DNA of 64,000 nt from Botryllus schlosseri. Taxonomy: Eukaryota. The notes under the pieces were generated by a model, which was not told the origin of the DNA, searched no databases, and was given only the letters and a program-made list of their open reading frames with translations. The stretch covers positions 2,606,001-2,670,000 of the forward strand of contig CM119378.1 in the NCBI GenBank assembly GCA_051294905.1, given 5' to 3'. Shown piece by piece: positions 1-13,826 of this stretch. The translations under genes were made by a program, and so were the position numbers. Numbering within the stretch: the stretch's first letter is position 1; the number at the start of each line of letters is the position of its first letter.

Positions 1-329
1 CTGTAACTGAATATATTTTCGAAGATTGCAGTTCGGTTCATTAGCAATTTTATCATTTCGCTGGTTGTCGAGACATACAGCCTGCACCCAACTCTTACAG
101 CAGAAATCGGTATAAGTTTTCGGGCGTTTTGCCCGCAAGCCACATGTGGTCATATGCATAATTTCGCCTCGCAATATACGGCTGCATCAGTGCTTTGGTA
201 ACCTTGTATTTGGTGATCGTTTTTCATTCGAATGGCATGCATGATACAGTTGTGACCAGAATATTATGCATTTTAGACGAAAATATTGGCAAGATAATGT
301 TCACCATCGAACCCTTATATGATTTCTAT

Positions 330-1291
330 TAGGGATGGTGTGAACCTTTGAAAGGTTCAGGTTCTTGTGAACGCGAACCTTTTTGAAAGGTTCTGTGTGA
401 ACGCGAACGTGAACCTCATGACGTTACGTGACGTCATATTGTTAATTCTAACCCTGTCTTTCACGGAAGTGATAGCCTATATTAATGTAAACGATACCTA
501 GCGACGACTCGGGCCACATAATGCAACAATGCTGAAGTACATATTGACGTTTTAAACGTCGCCAAATGTATCAACTGAGGCAATGAAAGGATATAATATA
601 CTCCCATAAAATAAATATCTTCCGTCTTTGCCAACAATTTCGACGAGGACTCACCAGGGAATACACGCTAACCCCTTAACGGTCTAGGCCAGACCGGACA
701 ATGTATGTTCGGCGTCTGAGTATTGCTACATTGATATTGAGCAAAGTGTAAAATGTGTTTCTACTTGCTACCGATATTACCCCATTAAGAAGTTATGCAG
801 CAGTAGCCAACACCTCAATCGCACGGATTTGGTTTTAATGATGCAGTAGAGATATGAAGTCAAGATTGACCATGACCCCGTATACGCCTTCTCGAATTTT
901 TACATCAGAAAACGATATCAAACATACTTCGCTCGTGATGTTGTGTGATTGCGGGTCGAGCTCACAGCAGAGAGTCACTAAATATTCACAAACGGAAAGC
1001 TGTATATTCCGAGCAAACTTTTGTAACAAAGCAAGTAAAACTTTTGAGATTGCCAAGGTGCATGCTCGTTTGGTGTTGATTTTTAATGCTGCCAGCTCCA
1101 TGCATAGAGTGGCCCGCAGTTGAAATGCAATAAATTTGAACCAAAGATGTTATAACGAAGTGAAAATTGTAATATATGAAAAAGGTTCACAGTGCAGAAC
1201 CTACCAAGGTTCTGTTGTGAACGCGAACCTCTAAATTTCAGAGGTTCACACACAGAACGCGAGCGTGAACCTCACGTTCACACCATCCCTA
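330..1291 (+). mobile_element. hAT-type MITE family A, full copy
   Basis: TIR TAGGGATGGTGTGAAC...GTTCACACCATCCCTA; 8-bp TSD ATTTCTAT; subterminal GAACC/GGTTC repeats. Confidence 0.95.
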
Positions 1292-1637
1292 ATTTCTATA
1301 ATTTCTCTTCGTCAGTACCTCCATCAAACTACCACAATATGCCCCACTGCCAGAATTAATCGCGCGGGGATAATTTTAGTCATTTCCAGAAAAGGAATCA
1401 CATCTAGCTCTCGCCCGAGATTTCAATATGTGCGAAACAGCAGCACGCACCGTCGCACCCGTGTGATGAACATACGTTAAGAATTTCATATCTGCCATTT
1501 TTAATTTACTCATGACATGGTATGCGTCCTTTGCGATATCGTCGACAACATCATCAGCAACATCAACACCAGTGCAAGCTATGTATGATCGTGGAAGTTG
1601 TTTTGTCATTATACCAGAGTTGCCAAGATTTCCACAG

Positions 1638-3446
1638 CAGACTTGGACAACTAGAAAATTTTCAGCTTTTCTTAATTAGATTAGAATGAGAATTAGAGCG
1701 TCACATCTTTCCCAAATTATATTTGAATTAGAATTACAATTTATGAATTCGCAAAAAGTGGAAAATTGAATGAGATTGTGAATTATAAATAAATACAGCG
1801 CAAATCAAGCTCAGTTCATATCAAATTACAGTGCATTCTCATAAACGCGCGTCAACGAAGATATACCATATGATCAGGACTGAATACAAGAAAACGCATT
1901 GCTCTGTCAAGTATGCCGGACCCCAATTGGGGAACAGCATCTCGCCGGCTATCCGACAGTCGTCGAGCACGTCCGCATTCAAGTCGAAATACAAGCAATT
2001 TCTTCTAAATGAATACTAGCCAGTCTTCAGGATTACCGGACCACGACCTAACATCGACCTCGCCCTCCGCCACATGCCACCTCATTTTGTCGCTTGCGTC
2101 TTATATTCTCTGCATTACTTTTCATTCAGTGTGCATGCCTCTTCTTTACTTCGCCTAGGCTTAAGTTGGTGTCTGATCTTAAAGGCTACTCCGAGCTGTT
2201 TCGACACCTTCCTATCTTTTCATTGTATCGCAGTCTCGTGATGTTTTGAAACGATGAAAATATTAATAAACCTGATTGATTGATTGAAAACATAAGAATG
2301 GTTTACGTCTGTAAATCAAGCTTGTCTCCTTTTTCACTATACCAGGGGTCACCAACACGCGGGCCACATGCGGCCAACGATCTGATTTGTGATTTTGGAA
2401 AAACGCGACGCCTTGACGTAAAATGGGCCAGACACTGCCAAGAGCGAGACGCTTAGAAAACGGCCTAGGGCTTTCCGACAAGATCAATCTTTAGGATGAG
2501 ATAGTCTTTCAGCTATTAACATGTCCGCATATCCCCAATATCGATTCACCAGCCGCTGAAAAGCCTGGTAATAGGTATCGTGCGCAGCTTATAGTTCAAA
2601 TTAAATGAAATTTACGATCATGATATTTCATATTTTATATGCAGGCCTACTTCCTTAATAGAATATTACGTCATTTGTCGTAACCAAGCCCATCGCCCAT
2701 GTTAGTGAGCACGGTGTTATAAAGCTTCAAAAACATGGTTGCTCAACTGTGTGTAGGTGATTTTTTCTCGATATTACATTATTGCATGGCTCTCTTGCAT
2801 GTCTGCAAAAAGCTAATATTGCAGTCATGCCTACGAGTTCTCGAGCAGCAGCCTTAAGATGAGGAAAACGATTTTCTCCTCTCCAGTAACTCAAAACGTC
2901 GCAGTCCGTGATCTCATGCTCTGCTTCGAAATCTCTTTCTACTTCGTTCTCTAATATATTTGCTTCAGTTGGATCTAAAACAACCATCCTCTTTTTACTT
3001 GATGTATAGTTATGGGCATGAAAGTGAACAAGCCTGTATTAACTTTTTCTTTTTCTTCGCTGCTGTACTGTTTGTGATCGAAACTAGAATGTTGTTCGGA
3101 GACTACAAGCTACTATGCCAGCATGGCTATTGTTCATCACGATAGATACCATGATGGTACGGTACGGTATGTAGTAATGCGATGGCGCCTTGGCACTGGA
3201 TTTCCATGTGCGAGAGGGATATTCTTGTTACATCGCTGCAAAATGCCGCGGACAAAGAGGCATTTTAAGGAAAACAATAAATTAGATTAGAACTAAAACT
3301 AGAGCATACAAGCATTTGACAAATTAGATTATAATTAGAGTTAGAGCATAGAAACATTTCACAAATTAGATTAGAATTAGATTACTAGCATTTCGCTTAA
3401 ATTTAGTGAAATTAGACCACTAGGATTTTCTAGTTGTCCAATTCTG
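1638..3446 (-). mobile_element. Non-autonomous hAT element with a residual hAT C-terminal dimerisation domain
   Basis: 21-bp TIR CAGA(C/A)TTGGACAACTAGAAAA; 8-bp TSD TTCCACAG; minus-strand remnant at 2727-2987 (DVLSYWRGENRFPHLKAAARELVG) resembles the hATC motif. Confidence 0.9.
1800..2290 (+). mobile_element. 3' fragment of a CR1/L2-group non-LTR retrotransposon, nested in the hAT element
   Basis: ORF2 C-terminus-like peptide (IRTEY...SVKYAGPQLGNSI...FKSKYKQFLLNEY*), then a 3'UTR ending AATAAACC(TGAT)n. The 5' boundary is approximate. Confidence 0.75.
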
Positions 3447-4629
3447 TTCCACAGACATGATGTCGGATCTCTACGAGATATGTTTAGGATCACTATTCTA
3501 TAGTCTGTGATTTCGTAGGTGTAATTGAAGGTGTATTTATTCAAAAAGTATAAAGCAACGACAACTGAAACAGCAACGTCCACACTCCCCCGCAGCCCTC
3601 ACGCTTCTCCCCGTCAATACCTAAAGCAGTCGCGATGTACTTATTTGTGCCATGGTTCACAGGACGCGCATCACAATACCACATTCTCCCCTGATCTAAA
3701 GATCATAATAAGCTTACAGTTACAATGGTAACCCAAAGACAGCAACATAACTAAGCAAGCATGGAACCCCAGCCAAGGTAAAATAAACAATCATAAATCA
3801 ACAGATAGACGATCCACCATCTTGGCGCGGCCAGTACTCGAATAAAGCCGATGTTTGATTAGGGTTCAGGGCTGTAATACTCCCTGCCCTCGTTGGCGAC
3901 CATTTCTCTTTGACTGTTATCTTCAGGCGGTTCAGTTTTCATGATCGACCACTGTCTAAGGTATCATATTCGACACGTGTTCATGGATTTTCACGATCAT
4001 TCGCAAAATGATAACTAAAAATGACAAATGCTGATCTTTACGGTACCGTACCATATTCTTTATGGATACGAGGATTTCCGCGGTTATTCAGAAAATGGTA
4101 ATAGTTGACGAAAGCGCGTAAACCCGAGAAATAGTTGAAAAAAAGCGCGTAAACTGGGGAGGGGTCCCTCGAAAGCGCGTAAATCAACCAGAAGGCCCTG
4201 GGCGACCGCCTACCTCGCCTACCTGAAAAGCCACCACTTCACATAAGATAACCGATTGAATACTATACACGTTCCACGTCCGACCCGGTCCCACGTCTCA
4301 CCGTTTGCAAAAGATTTGACCATTATACAACCATAACAATTTACAGCGCAGCTGGTAGCTATTGCTATGATAGAACGATACCGTTCATTTTCAATTTCAT
4401 TGTAGCGTAGAATACTACCCAGATGTTACAAGCAATAATCCGTAAATTTAGTAATGTGAGGATATATGTTCCTATCATACGGACTCTATGGTCGTTCACA
4501 ATGCCTCGTTATGTTATGTCAGCTTATAACGAGTAGGTGATAGTTGTTTTAACCGAATTTAAATATATATTGAAGTACGGCAGAGTGTTCAATGCTTCAA
4601 CTCAGCTATAACAAGGTTCTCCCTGTTAG

Positions 4630-4857
4630 TAGGGTTACCATATTTCGGAAATCTGAAAAGAGAACACTTTTTCATAATTTCTAAACTTGCAGAAACATTG
4701 TGTTTGGTTGACTAAAAAAAATACAATTTTCCTTCACACTGTCGGAAAGGAGGACAAAATCTCAAAACTGAGGACAAAAAGGCGTCCTCCGAGGACGCTT
4801 TCAAAACAGCCAAAAAAGAGGACAAATTCTCTTAAAAGAGAACGTATGGTAACTCTA
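4630..4857 (+). mobile_element. Short MITE family C
   Basis: Termini TAGGGTTACCATA...TATGGTAACTCTA; GAGGAC repeats; homologous copies at 24086-24423 and 39759-39986. Confidence 0.8.
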
Positions 4858-7189
4858 CCTCTAAGCCAACATCATCTACACACGCGGGGAACTATACGCG
4901 ACATATAGGTGTTACGATGTCAATCCAAGTCGATATCATGTACGACGAAATCAAATAATGCATACACAAAGATCAGTGTACAGCACTCGGTGACTGGAAA
5001 AGAGGTGCAGTGATCAGATTTCCCCCATTGCGAGGGGTGTAACCTAAATCGAGCAAAGAGCATCTTAAAATTTGGACTGTTGTGTATGTGTTACTGTTCC
5101 AAATTTAGAATAACTATGCAACAAGAGTCATGCTATAAAAATAACAAAAGGTTTATATAAATTTCTTTCATTTGTTAAAACCAAAAGTGAAATTAGATTG
5201 GGTTTGATGATGTCATAAAATAGAAAATATATGACCAAGTTAAATGGCCGATTGATGCGATGAAGAAGTTAGCTGCATTTAAGTACCGATGCGGGAAGCT
5301 AGGATATATTGCCAGAAGTTGATCGTCACACATTAAATATTAGATAGTACGTTAGTCGTCGTCATTCTTGGCTTAGCGTGGATCTAAACATAGGACGGAT
5401 AATTTCGGACCTTTTTGGATTCGAGAATAGGATAGTGTTCGGGCATATTAGAAGTTTAAAGTCGAAACTTCAAATGTTAATGTAATGCTATTAAATGAAC
5501 CGTGTATTTGTCAGTAGAAACATCATGAGAGCGCAATTTGTGGTGTTAATTCTAAAGATGTTTTTGACCAGTTCCGAAACGGAAGACTTGAAACCGAACA
5601 TATTTCGGAAATGATTAAAATACGTTTTTATAGTACGAGGAGCTCATCATTATGGATTAGGAGTATCAAGATATTACCCAAAATGATATTTGCCCAAAAT
5701 GTATAATTGTAGTCAGTAGTCTTGACGCATTGCATTAACGTTCGAATGTCATTTTATTAGTAAAAATCAACGTTGAGATGAGATATCGAAATGACATATA
5801 CTTCAAAACCGAGTTATTAAGCTCTGTTTTATGGTATCTTTATATGACCCTTTTAATGCATGTCGGAATGAAGATTTCATGCATGATACATGATATATAT
5901 TTGTGTCAAGCAATAGTGGCTACTCGTCCTGTACCATTATTCGCATTTTGTGAACACTTATTAATCGCGTATTTTGGTTATATGGTGATATACTTGTTTT
6001 AATGTAAGTAGCATATAATGCATTGTATTTCTTGAGTTACATATCTTGCACTCCAAAGATTAGATTGGAGATGAGGCACGGTAATTGAAAAGTGAATGGC
6101 GTAATTTAATATTTGAACTGTAAATTCTTGTATGCTTCACTGCATTAATTGAACATCCGTAATATACCAATATGGGAACATGCATGCCTTTAAATATGAG
6201 GAAGGCATATATCTGTTGGCGATAGCCGTATAGATTATGGATTGCTGTTTATGTATACCGTACAGCTTTCGTTGAAGTTGAAACTAACTGCCACGACGGC
6301 CCATAAGACGCCATTTCACACATGGATCGTTGTCAAACAGCACAGATGTGATTAAAAATAATTACGACAGAGTGTAGGCTATAAGGTCGTAGGCAGATAA
6401 CTATTCTTAAAGAAGGCCATTAGCAAAATTAGGTGATCTTTTTGGCAACTAACTACCGATAGGTAGGTGATTAGTAAAAACTACCCTATCTATATACAAC
6501 ACAAAGCTGACACGCTTGTTATGGGTAACAAAGGTGTCTGAAGCGAATGCGAAGGATTAGCCTATGTGGCTATTTCCGGTTTGTCTGTAATTGTTACATA
6601 CATGCAAATATTCTTTCGCTTTATAATGATGGCGCCACCATTTTCCGTGTCTGTGAACTTTTACAGTGAAATGGCGTTGCAGTGAATTGGCAATATATGT
6701 ACTGTATGTATTATATAATATTCGTCACATCATACCCACATATTGCGCACTCGGTAGAGGTAATTCAACTAAGCCAAGGCAAAAACATTACTCTCGAAAC
6801 AGCGAGTATCGAAAGAGGAATCCGGTATCAGACTACATTATCCTGAAAGGATATTAACGATAGCATTTGAAGAGATTCAGCGTCTTTTGGGGATTGCAGC
6901 GTGATGTTCGGATGTTCGGATGTCCACTCGAAAGGCAGTACACGATATATGAGATCGTGTACAGCTTGGATGAAAGGTGCCGGAAGTGCTCTATGAAATT
7001 GAAGATCCGAATTTGGGACGAGCCAAAACAGTACGAAAAACGCCGGACGAAACTCCACGAACTGTTAGAATTTCCTCTCCACCAAGAGATGCGAAGGTAT
7101 ATTTGGTACTAAAGGAAGATACGGGCGCCTCAACTATATTATTGAATGAGTATTTACATCTGAAAGTTTGGAAGACTCTTTTAAACGGT

Positions 7190-7642
7190 CCAGTGCGATT
7201 TGGGTGTTGGCTGCTGCTGTGTAAGTTGTTAATGAGGTAATATCGGTAGCAAGTATAGAACCCCGTTTTGCACTCTGCTCAATACCAACGTAGAAATACT
7301 CAGACGCCGAATACATTGCCGGTCTGGCCTAGACCGTTCAAGCGTAAGTTTATATTCCCTTGCACATCCTCGTCGAAAATGTTGGCAAAGCGACGGAAGA
7401 TACGGATTTTATGGGAATAAAACGTCAATATATACTTCAGCCTTGTGGCATTATGTGGCCCGACTCGTCGCTAGATATGGTGTACATTAATACAGGCTAT
7501 CTTTTCACAAAAATGTAGCGTTGACATTACTAATATGACGTCACGTGACGTCACGAGGTTCACGTTCGTGTTCACACAGAACCTTTCAAAAAGGTTCGCG
7601 TTCACACGAACCTGAACCTTTTAGAGGTTCACACCATCCCTA
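7190..7642 (-). mobile_element. Half copy of MITE family A, abutting the intron upstream of the paralog 1 TM exon
   Basis: Reverse complement of the first ~500 bp of 330-1291, ending in the TIR CACACCATCCCTA. Confidence 0.9.
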
Positions 7643-7691
7643 ATGAACAGTCCTTATGTATTTCCGATTGAACAACAGAATCCTGTTTCAG

Positions 7692-9039
7692 AGCAGCAAT
7701 CTGAGCGTCGGAAAAGTACAGTTGATATCTATCAAATCTTAACCATTGTATTGGGGAGTCTGCTGCTTATCACGGTCATCATGCTAATATCATCTGTGGC
7801 AAGGTAAGTAATATTCATTATCTTCACAGGTCTTCATCATCAACATTTTTATCATCCCCTCGACCAATTCAAGATTTTAGCAGAGTTGCAATACTGTGAA
7901 AAGAATGGTTGGGGTCGAAACCACTTGGCCAAGTCAATCACAGTAATCATGATCATAATAAGCGATTTCTATTATATTCATCCACTGAAGACCCATACAC
8001 ACACGCAATGCACAAGGCAATACCCACGACCAAAACATAATGAGATGTAATGAACTGAAACAAGGATGCAAGACTCCGTAAGAACAGCAACTCACATCAC
8101 GCTTATCCAAGATTACACAGCTCTGTTCCAAGAGGCACATGAGATTTGAGGCTTTTCACGGAAGCTAAATTTGCGAGGAGTCATACATTTTTAATAGTAA
8201 CGACGGCATGCAACACGACAAACGAGGACAAAGCAGTTTTTGAAGAGCAATGTTCATGTTCATACGACCTCGACTCCAAACTCCAGTGTTGGCGGTTTAT
8301 CTTAATCTCCTCACCATTTGATCCACATAAGCGATGTCTTAATGATGCCTAGAAGCGGGCCGTGCTACAAGTCGGGGATACAGAATAGTAATAAAGAATA
8401 TCGGCATGGTGTAAAGTGACCAATGTAGTCGAAAAACCTACAACACCAAATCATAACGACATTTTCCGCCTGCCATTCAGGCAGGAACTCGCTACGCGTC
8501 AACGCCGTCATGACCTCGAAGAAATGCGGCATAATCCTATCTATTCATCACATCGCATTGTGTCTTGTGTGTATTGTACATTGTGTGTCTTGATCGGATG
8601 GAAATAGTAAAAATCGCTGATTACGGGATGATGATATCGCACAGCATCTCGTACCAGCGCAAGCTTACAGTGCGCTTTACTGCTATTCTAAGTAGAAATG
8701 GACGTTGTAAAGTGTACTTCACTTATAGAAGTCCTTCGGATAAGTGTGTGTCATAACTCACTTAGCATCTCGATCTCGAGTTGTTCTGAATTTATAAGAT
8801 ATTAATCGGATTAATGCATGAGAAATGAATATGAGATACTGCACGTAGTCCGCTTACATGGTATATAAAGATATAGCCTCACGAATTTAATTTGAAATCG
8901 AAACAGCAGGCGAAGGCTGAAGCTTCCGGAAAGCACGGTGGACGGAGCGGACAAGTCGGAAGATTATGCGACTATGACTAATACCATCACCACAGACGAG
9001 TTCAAAGAAACCCGATTCAATGAGCTCTATCACATATAA
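7692..9039 (+). CDS. Receptor family paralog 1, 3' part only: TM exon 7692-7803 and tail exon 8907-9039
   Basis: TTTCAG|...IYQILTIVLGSLLLITVIMLISSVA|GTAAGT; AAACAG|RRRLKLPESTVDGADKSEDYATMTNTITTDEFKETRFNELYHI*. Phases match paralogs 2 and 3. No ectodomain exons were found upstream in the window. Confidence 0.8.
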
Positions 9040-10131
9040 TGTGATAAATCCGACAGTGTTTGGTGTCGAGCGGAATTGATATCAACGCGAATGTAAAAAA
9101 GCCTCGTCCGGAGCGTAACTATGTAACGAGTTCGGGCGTAGCCAGGACGCAAATTCAAGAGGAGATTTTCCAGCTATAGCGCGATGACACCGCCATACTG
9201 AGACTACAAGAATATGACGTCGCAATATCCAAAAGCGGAGGAGCTCCTACCAAGATCATAAATTCACCTGCGACCGGAGACGAAGTGGACTCAATACCTC
9301 CCTTTCGTTATCCCAAATTTTAGAAGACACGAGCGAATATTATTTTGAAAAATGTCCAATCGACGATTTCAAAGAACAGAGCCAATGCACGAGCCTAGCG
9401 TATCCGTTGCCTCAATTGTAATTAATAATCAAGTGTCATAGGCTATATGTGTGTAAGGGTACAAAATGTGATACATGTTCCATTGGAAGATATCTGATCA
9501 GCTCGATACTGGCTGGGCAAAAATTATTTCGTAAATACCATCATTTCGCTTGCAACTTCTATCTGTGTGCAGTGCAGTACAATACACATATAATGCTAAT
9601 TAAATTACAAGTTAAAGTGTGATTACCTTTAAGTAATAAGTAGCCTACCTGAGACTTTTATAAACTGAAAAGAGCACAATGCCAAACACGACTATGCGCG
9701 CACAACTAAAGGTACCGAGAAAGGCTAAATTATAGGAGCGGTACAATATATAACAGACAAGATCGCTAATCAAGTAATAATATTGGCTAACTAAATATAA
9801 AGGACGACACAATCGGGCACAAGAATTCACCACATACAGTTTTCGCAGTTGTTTACTGCAACATAAATCTTACTGGACATACAAATCTTACAAAATCCAC
9901 TGTTGTAAAGCATATTGGATAAAGGGTGGAGAAGCTAGCTTTTCCGCGGAAGAATGCTGATATCGTCTGATTAAAACCGACGCCCGACCGCCACCACTTT
10001 ACGCTAACTCCCGCGCACAACCCCGGTATCTCTTTTAGGGATTCAAAATTCCAATAGAAAGATGGGATAGAATCTATGAGATTACTTGAAATACACGAAA
10101 ACCATCGAGTTCTTGAGTATATACCCATTAC

Positions 10132-11429
10132 CAGGCCGTGTTATTTTTGGCATATGCCAAAACTGCCAAAAATAACTTATTTTTGGCATTTTTCGATTTT
10201 TATTTTTGGCAGTTTTGGCATCGTCCTCTAAATAGATAGTTTCAGCTTCGAATTAGTCACAAAAACGCTTTATTTGGGCTAGTTTGTCAAAAGACACCAC
10301 AAAATGTGCAGCATCCACGTACAATGAGTGCCAACAAACAATAAGAAGAAGAAAAAACCTAACGATTTCATAGGTTAATAATATCAAACGAAACCACAAA
10401 ATGTGCATTATCCATCGGAATCGGTGCCAATAAGCAAAAAAAAAGAAAGAAAAGCCTAACAAACACGCTCAACAGCTGATTGTTACAGCTGTTGAATAGA
10501 CTTAAATCGATTGCACTGTATCTGGGAAATATCGGCTTCAACAGTAGCCGTTGAGGGAAAGAATGTTGCCAGTCATCCACAAAAGGTTTTCAGAGCTGCA
10601 AAATCTTTGGTGGGCCGAACCGGCTTCCATGCATCATGAAAAGAGATCACTTCGCCAGTGCCATCGATCTCATCGCGGACAGAATTTTCTTCCCGATCCT
10701 TTCCAGGAGTTTCATGTGTTGTCTCTCAACACATTCTATTAAGTAGCCCGACTATCGTTTCTCCTTCAGTCTACCGATATATTTTCGGAGGACTTTTGTC
10801 ACTTCAGGTGGCTTTAATATTACCAACTCGCGTGGAAGAGTCCTGGGAAGGTTAGCTTGTTTAAGAACATTGACGCAACAAGACTGTCTGGTAAAACGAG
10901 ACTATGCAGCTCAGAAATAGCCAGACAGTTTGTTGCGTCACAATGTTCAACTCGATCACAATGCAAAAATCGTGGTTGATTTTGGGGGTTCCAGTTCCAT
11001 GAGCAGAATATAATTTATATTTTAATAATCAGTACTGCGGCAGCTTCTCATTGATACCCGTTTTATCAAATTTAGCGCTCGACGAGCCGGTCAAAAATGG
11101 TCGTGAAATTGCCTTTGCACAGATGGAAAGTATGACGTAAACCAAATGCAGTCAGCCGTCCAATCTCGCTGTGCCCACACCATTTAGGACACCATGCTTT
11201 CACCCCTAATGGGTGGGCTGGACCCAGATTAAGAAACCTGGCTTTCACAAACGCTCTTCCCGCTTGTAACGCGGTCCTGTTACTACAACACCATGAACGA
11301 AATACACTATTTGGCAGGCCGTGTTATTTTTGGCATATGCCAAAAATTGCTTATTTTTGGCATTTTCAAATTTTTATTTTTGGCAGTTTTGGCATCTGGC
11401 TCCTGAAATGCCAAAAATAACACGGCCTG
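10132..11429 (-). mobile_element. Non-autonomous hAT family B, copy 1
   Basis: TIR CAGGCCGTGTTATTTTTGGCAT; 8-bp TSD CCCATTAC; the empty site is visible in the paralogous flank near 50630. Confidence 0.95.
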
Positions 11430-11717
11430 CCCATTACCCTCGTTCTGACGGTGACCAGCTCAGTTCACTTTCAGTTGCGTATAGTTATACCGAAGCGAGT
11501 GTTCGTAATTCACAGTAAGAAAGACAATGATTCACATGAAATGAAAACATAGCCAATAATGTCATCAACATGTTATCAAACCGCTACATGCAGGAATACA
11601 ACATTGGGCAGCAAAGTGAACACTTGCAACCGGAAAGGCGTTTAGCATGGTTGCAATAGTTTATGGGGATATCGCTGAATTGCTTTCTGCTATAGCATAC
11701 CTGGCGTTGACTATATT

Positions 11718-13073
11718 CAGGCCGTGTTATTTTTGGCATTTCAGGAGCCAGATGCCAAAACTGCCAAAAATAAAAATTTGAAAATGCCAAAAATAAGCAA
11801 TTTTTGGCATATGCCAAAATAACACGGCCTGTCAAATAGTGCATTTCGTTCATGGTGTTGTGTTAACAGGACCGCGTTACAAGCGAGAAGAGCGTTTGTG
11901 AAAGGCAGGTTTTTTAATCTGGGTCCAGCCCACCCATTAGGGGTGAAAGCATGGTGTCCTAAATGGTGTGGGCACAGCGAGATTGAACGGCTGACTGCAT
12001 TTGGTTTACGTCATACTTTCCATTTGTCCTAAGGCCATTTACGACCATTTTTGACCGGCTTGTCGAGCGCTAAATTTGATAAAACAGGTATCAATGAGAA
12101 GCTGCCGCAGTACTGATTATTAAATTATAAATTATATTCTGCTCATGGAACTGGAACCCCCAAAATCAACTACGATTTTTGCATTGTGATCGAGTTGAAC
12201 ATTGTGACGCAACAAACTGTCTGGCTATTTCTGAGCTGCATAGTCTCGTTTTGCCAGACAGACTTGTTGCGTCAATGTTCTTAAACAAGCTAACCTTCCC
12301 AGGACTCTTCCATGCGAGTTAGTAATATTAAAGCCACCTGAAGTGACAAAAGTCCTCCGAAAATATACCGGTAGACTGAAGGAGAAATGATAGTCGGGCT
12401 ACTAAATAGAATGTGTTGAGAGACAGCACAGGAAACTCCTGGAAAAGGATCGGGAAGAAAATTCTTTCCGCAATGAGATCGTTGGCACTGGCGAAGTGAT
12501 CTCTTTTCATGATGCATGAAAGCCGGTTCGGCCCTCCAAAGATTTTGAAGCTCTGAAAACCTTTTGTGGATGACTGGCAACATTCTTTCCCTCAACGGCT
12601 ACTGTTGAAGCCGATATTTCCCAGATTCGCTGGGCGAGAAATGAATTTAGGAGAAACTTAGCTGACCTAAGTTTGGAAGCACTGTTACAGTGCAAACGAT
12701 TGAAGTCTATTCAACAGCTGTAACAATCAGCTGTTGAGCGTGTTTGTTAGGCTTTTCTTTCTTTTTTCTGCTTATTGGCACCGATTTCGACGGATACTGC
12801 ACATTTTGTGGTTTCGTTTGATATTATTAACCTATGACATCGTTAGGTTTTCTCTTCTTCTTATTGTTTATTGGCACTGAGTATACGTGGATGCTGCACA
12901 TTTTGTGGTGTCATTTGACAAACTAGCCCGAATAAAGCGTTTTTGTGACTAATTCGAGGCTGAAACTATCTATTTAGAGGACGATGCCAAAACTGCCAAA
13001 AATAAAAATCGAAAAATGCCAAAAATAAGTTATTTTTGGCTGTTTTGGCATATGCTAAAAATAACACGGCCTG
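11718..13073 (+). mobile_element. Non-autonomous hAT family B, copy 2 (opposite orientation), with a transposase C-terminal remnant
   Basis: Same TIR; 8-bp TSD ACTATATT; ~12555-12723 reads FCG*LATFFPSTATVEADISQIRWARNEFRRNLADLSLEALLQCK, resembling a hAT C-terminus. Confidence 0.93.
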
Positions 13074-13826
13074 ACTATATTGGATGATATTTGCATATTA
13101 TCTTAAATTCATGCCGGCATATATGTAGGGTAGGAAGCAGTGATTCACAAACTGTGCGACTTGCTGTGCTCTCAAGACTCTATAATCAGTCCATCTGGTG
13201 TTGGCTTATTCATTGCTACGCATGTATTGTTTCGCTTTGTTAATTCAATGTCGTGTCAATATTCTGAATGACTGGTTTATAAATATAGCTTGTTTCGCCA
13301 ATTTTCTCAATGTAACTCGATGGTTATTTCTCATAAATCTGGGGTTAATTTGTTGGTTGCACTCTAATTCTGGACTCATTTTGGAATGTAATCCATACAC
13401 AGCGTAAGCTCATTTTGATTATCACGTTAACTCATTTCTGTTGGTCAAACACAATTCCATGACGTCGCATCATTGTTGAAAATATTTGCATCTGACTTCC
13501 TCATTCCGGATCAACCCAACATGGTATGGTCACATACGATGGAAGCAAAGTTAGTTCCTCAAGAAAAGTTATTTCCTCTATCATAAAATGGATTCCGTAT
13601 ATTTAAAATAGACGCTAGACTGCGTGATTGACAATGTGTAGGAGTAGGTCAGGGGATGAGGTTTACGATAATACTGTTGAATTTCATTGCTCCTTGAATA
13701 TCATGAGTGCAAGCTGAATATACGATTGATTTGAGTTTCTGTTCATATTTCACGCGATTTATTCAACTCCAATTTCAAAATTTTGTTAGCCTTAAAGAAG
13801 ACTGCAACATCATCATCATCACGTAT

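Larger units (their letters stand above)
1..7600 (+). repeat. Segmental duplication copy 1 (starts before the window); near-identical to 35130-~42730
   Basis: The ORF track repeats at a constant offset of 35129. By eye I found only a few substitutions (near 6778, 7060, 7569). Confidence 0.97.

Noticed and set aside
835..1123. Recurrent ORFs such as LLQKFARNIQLSV (also near 22971, 28259, 35964)
   Set aside because: They recur only because they lie in MITE A copies. Frames are not preserved and there is no transposase motif.
1510..1600. Ser/Thr-rich stretch as a possible stalk exon of paralog 1
   Set aside because: Only low-complexity similarity, with no convincing acceptor or flanking homology to the paralog stalk exons.
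6800..7130. Coding-looking stretch in the duplicated block (also 41930-42260)
   Set aside because: Overlapping short ORFs with stops, no consistent splice model and no recognisable domain.
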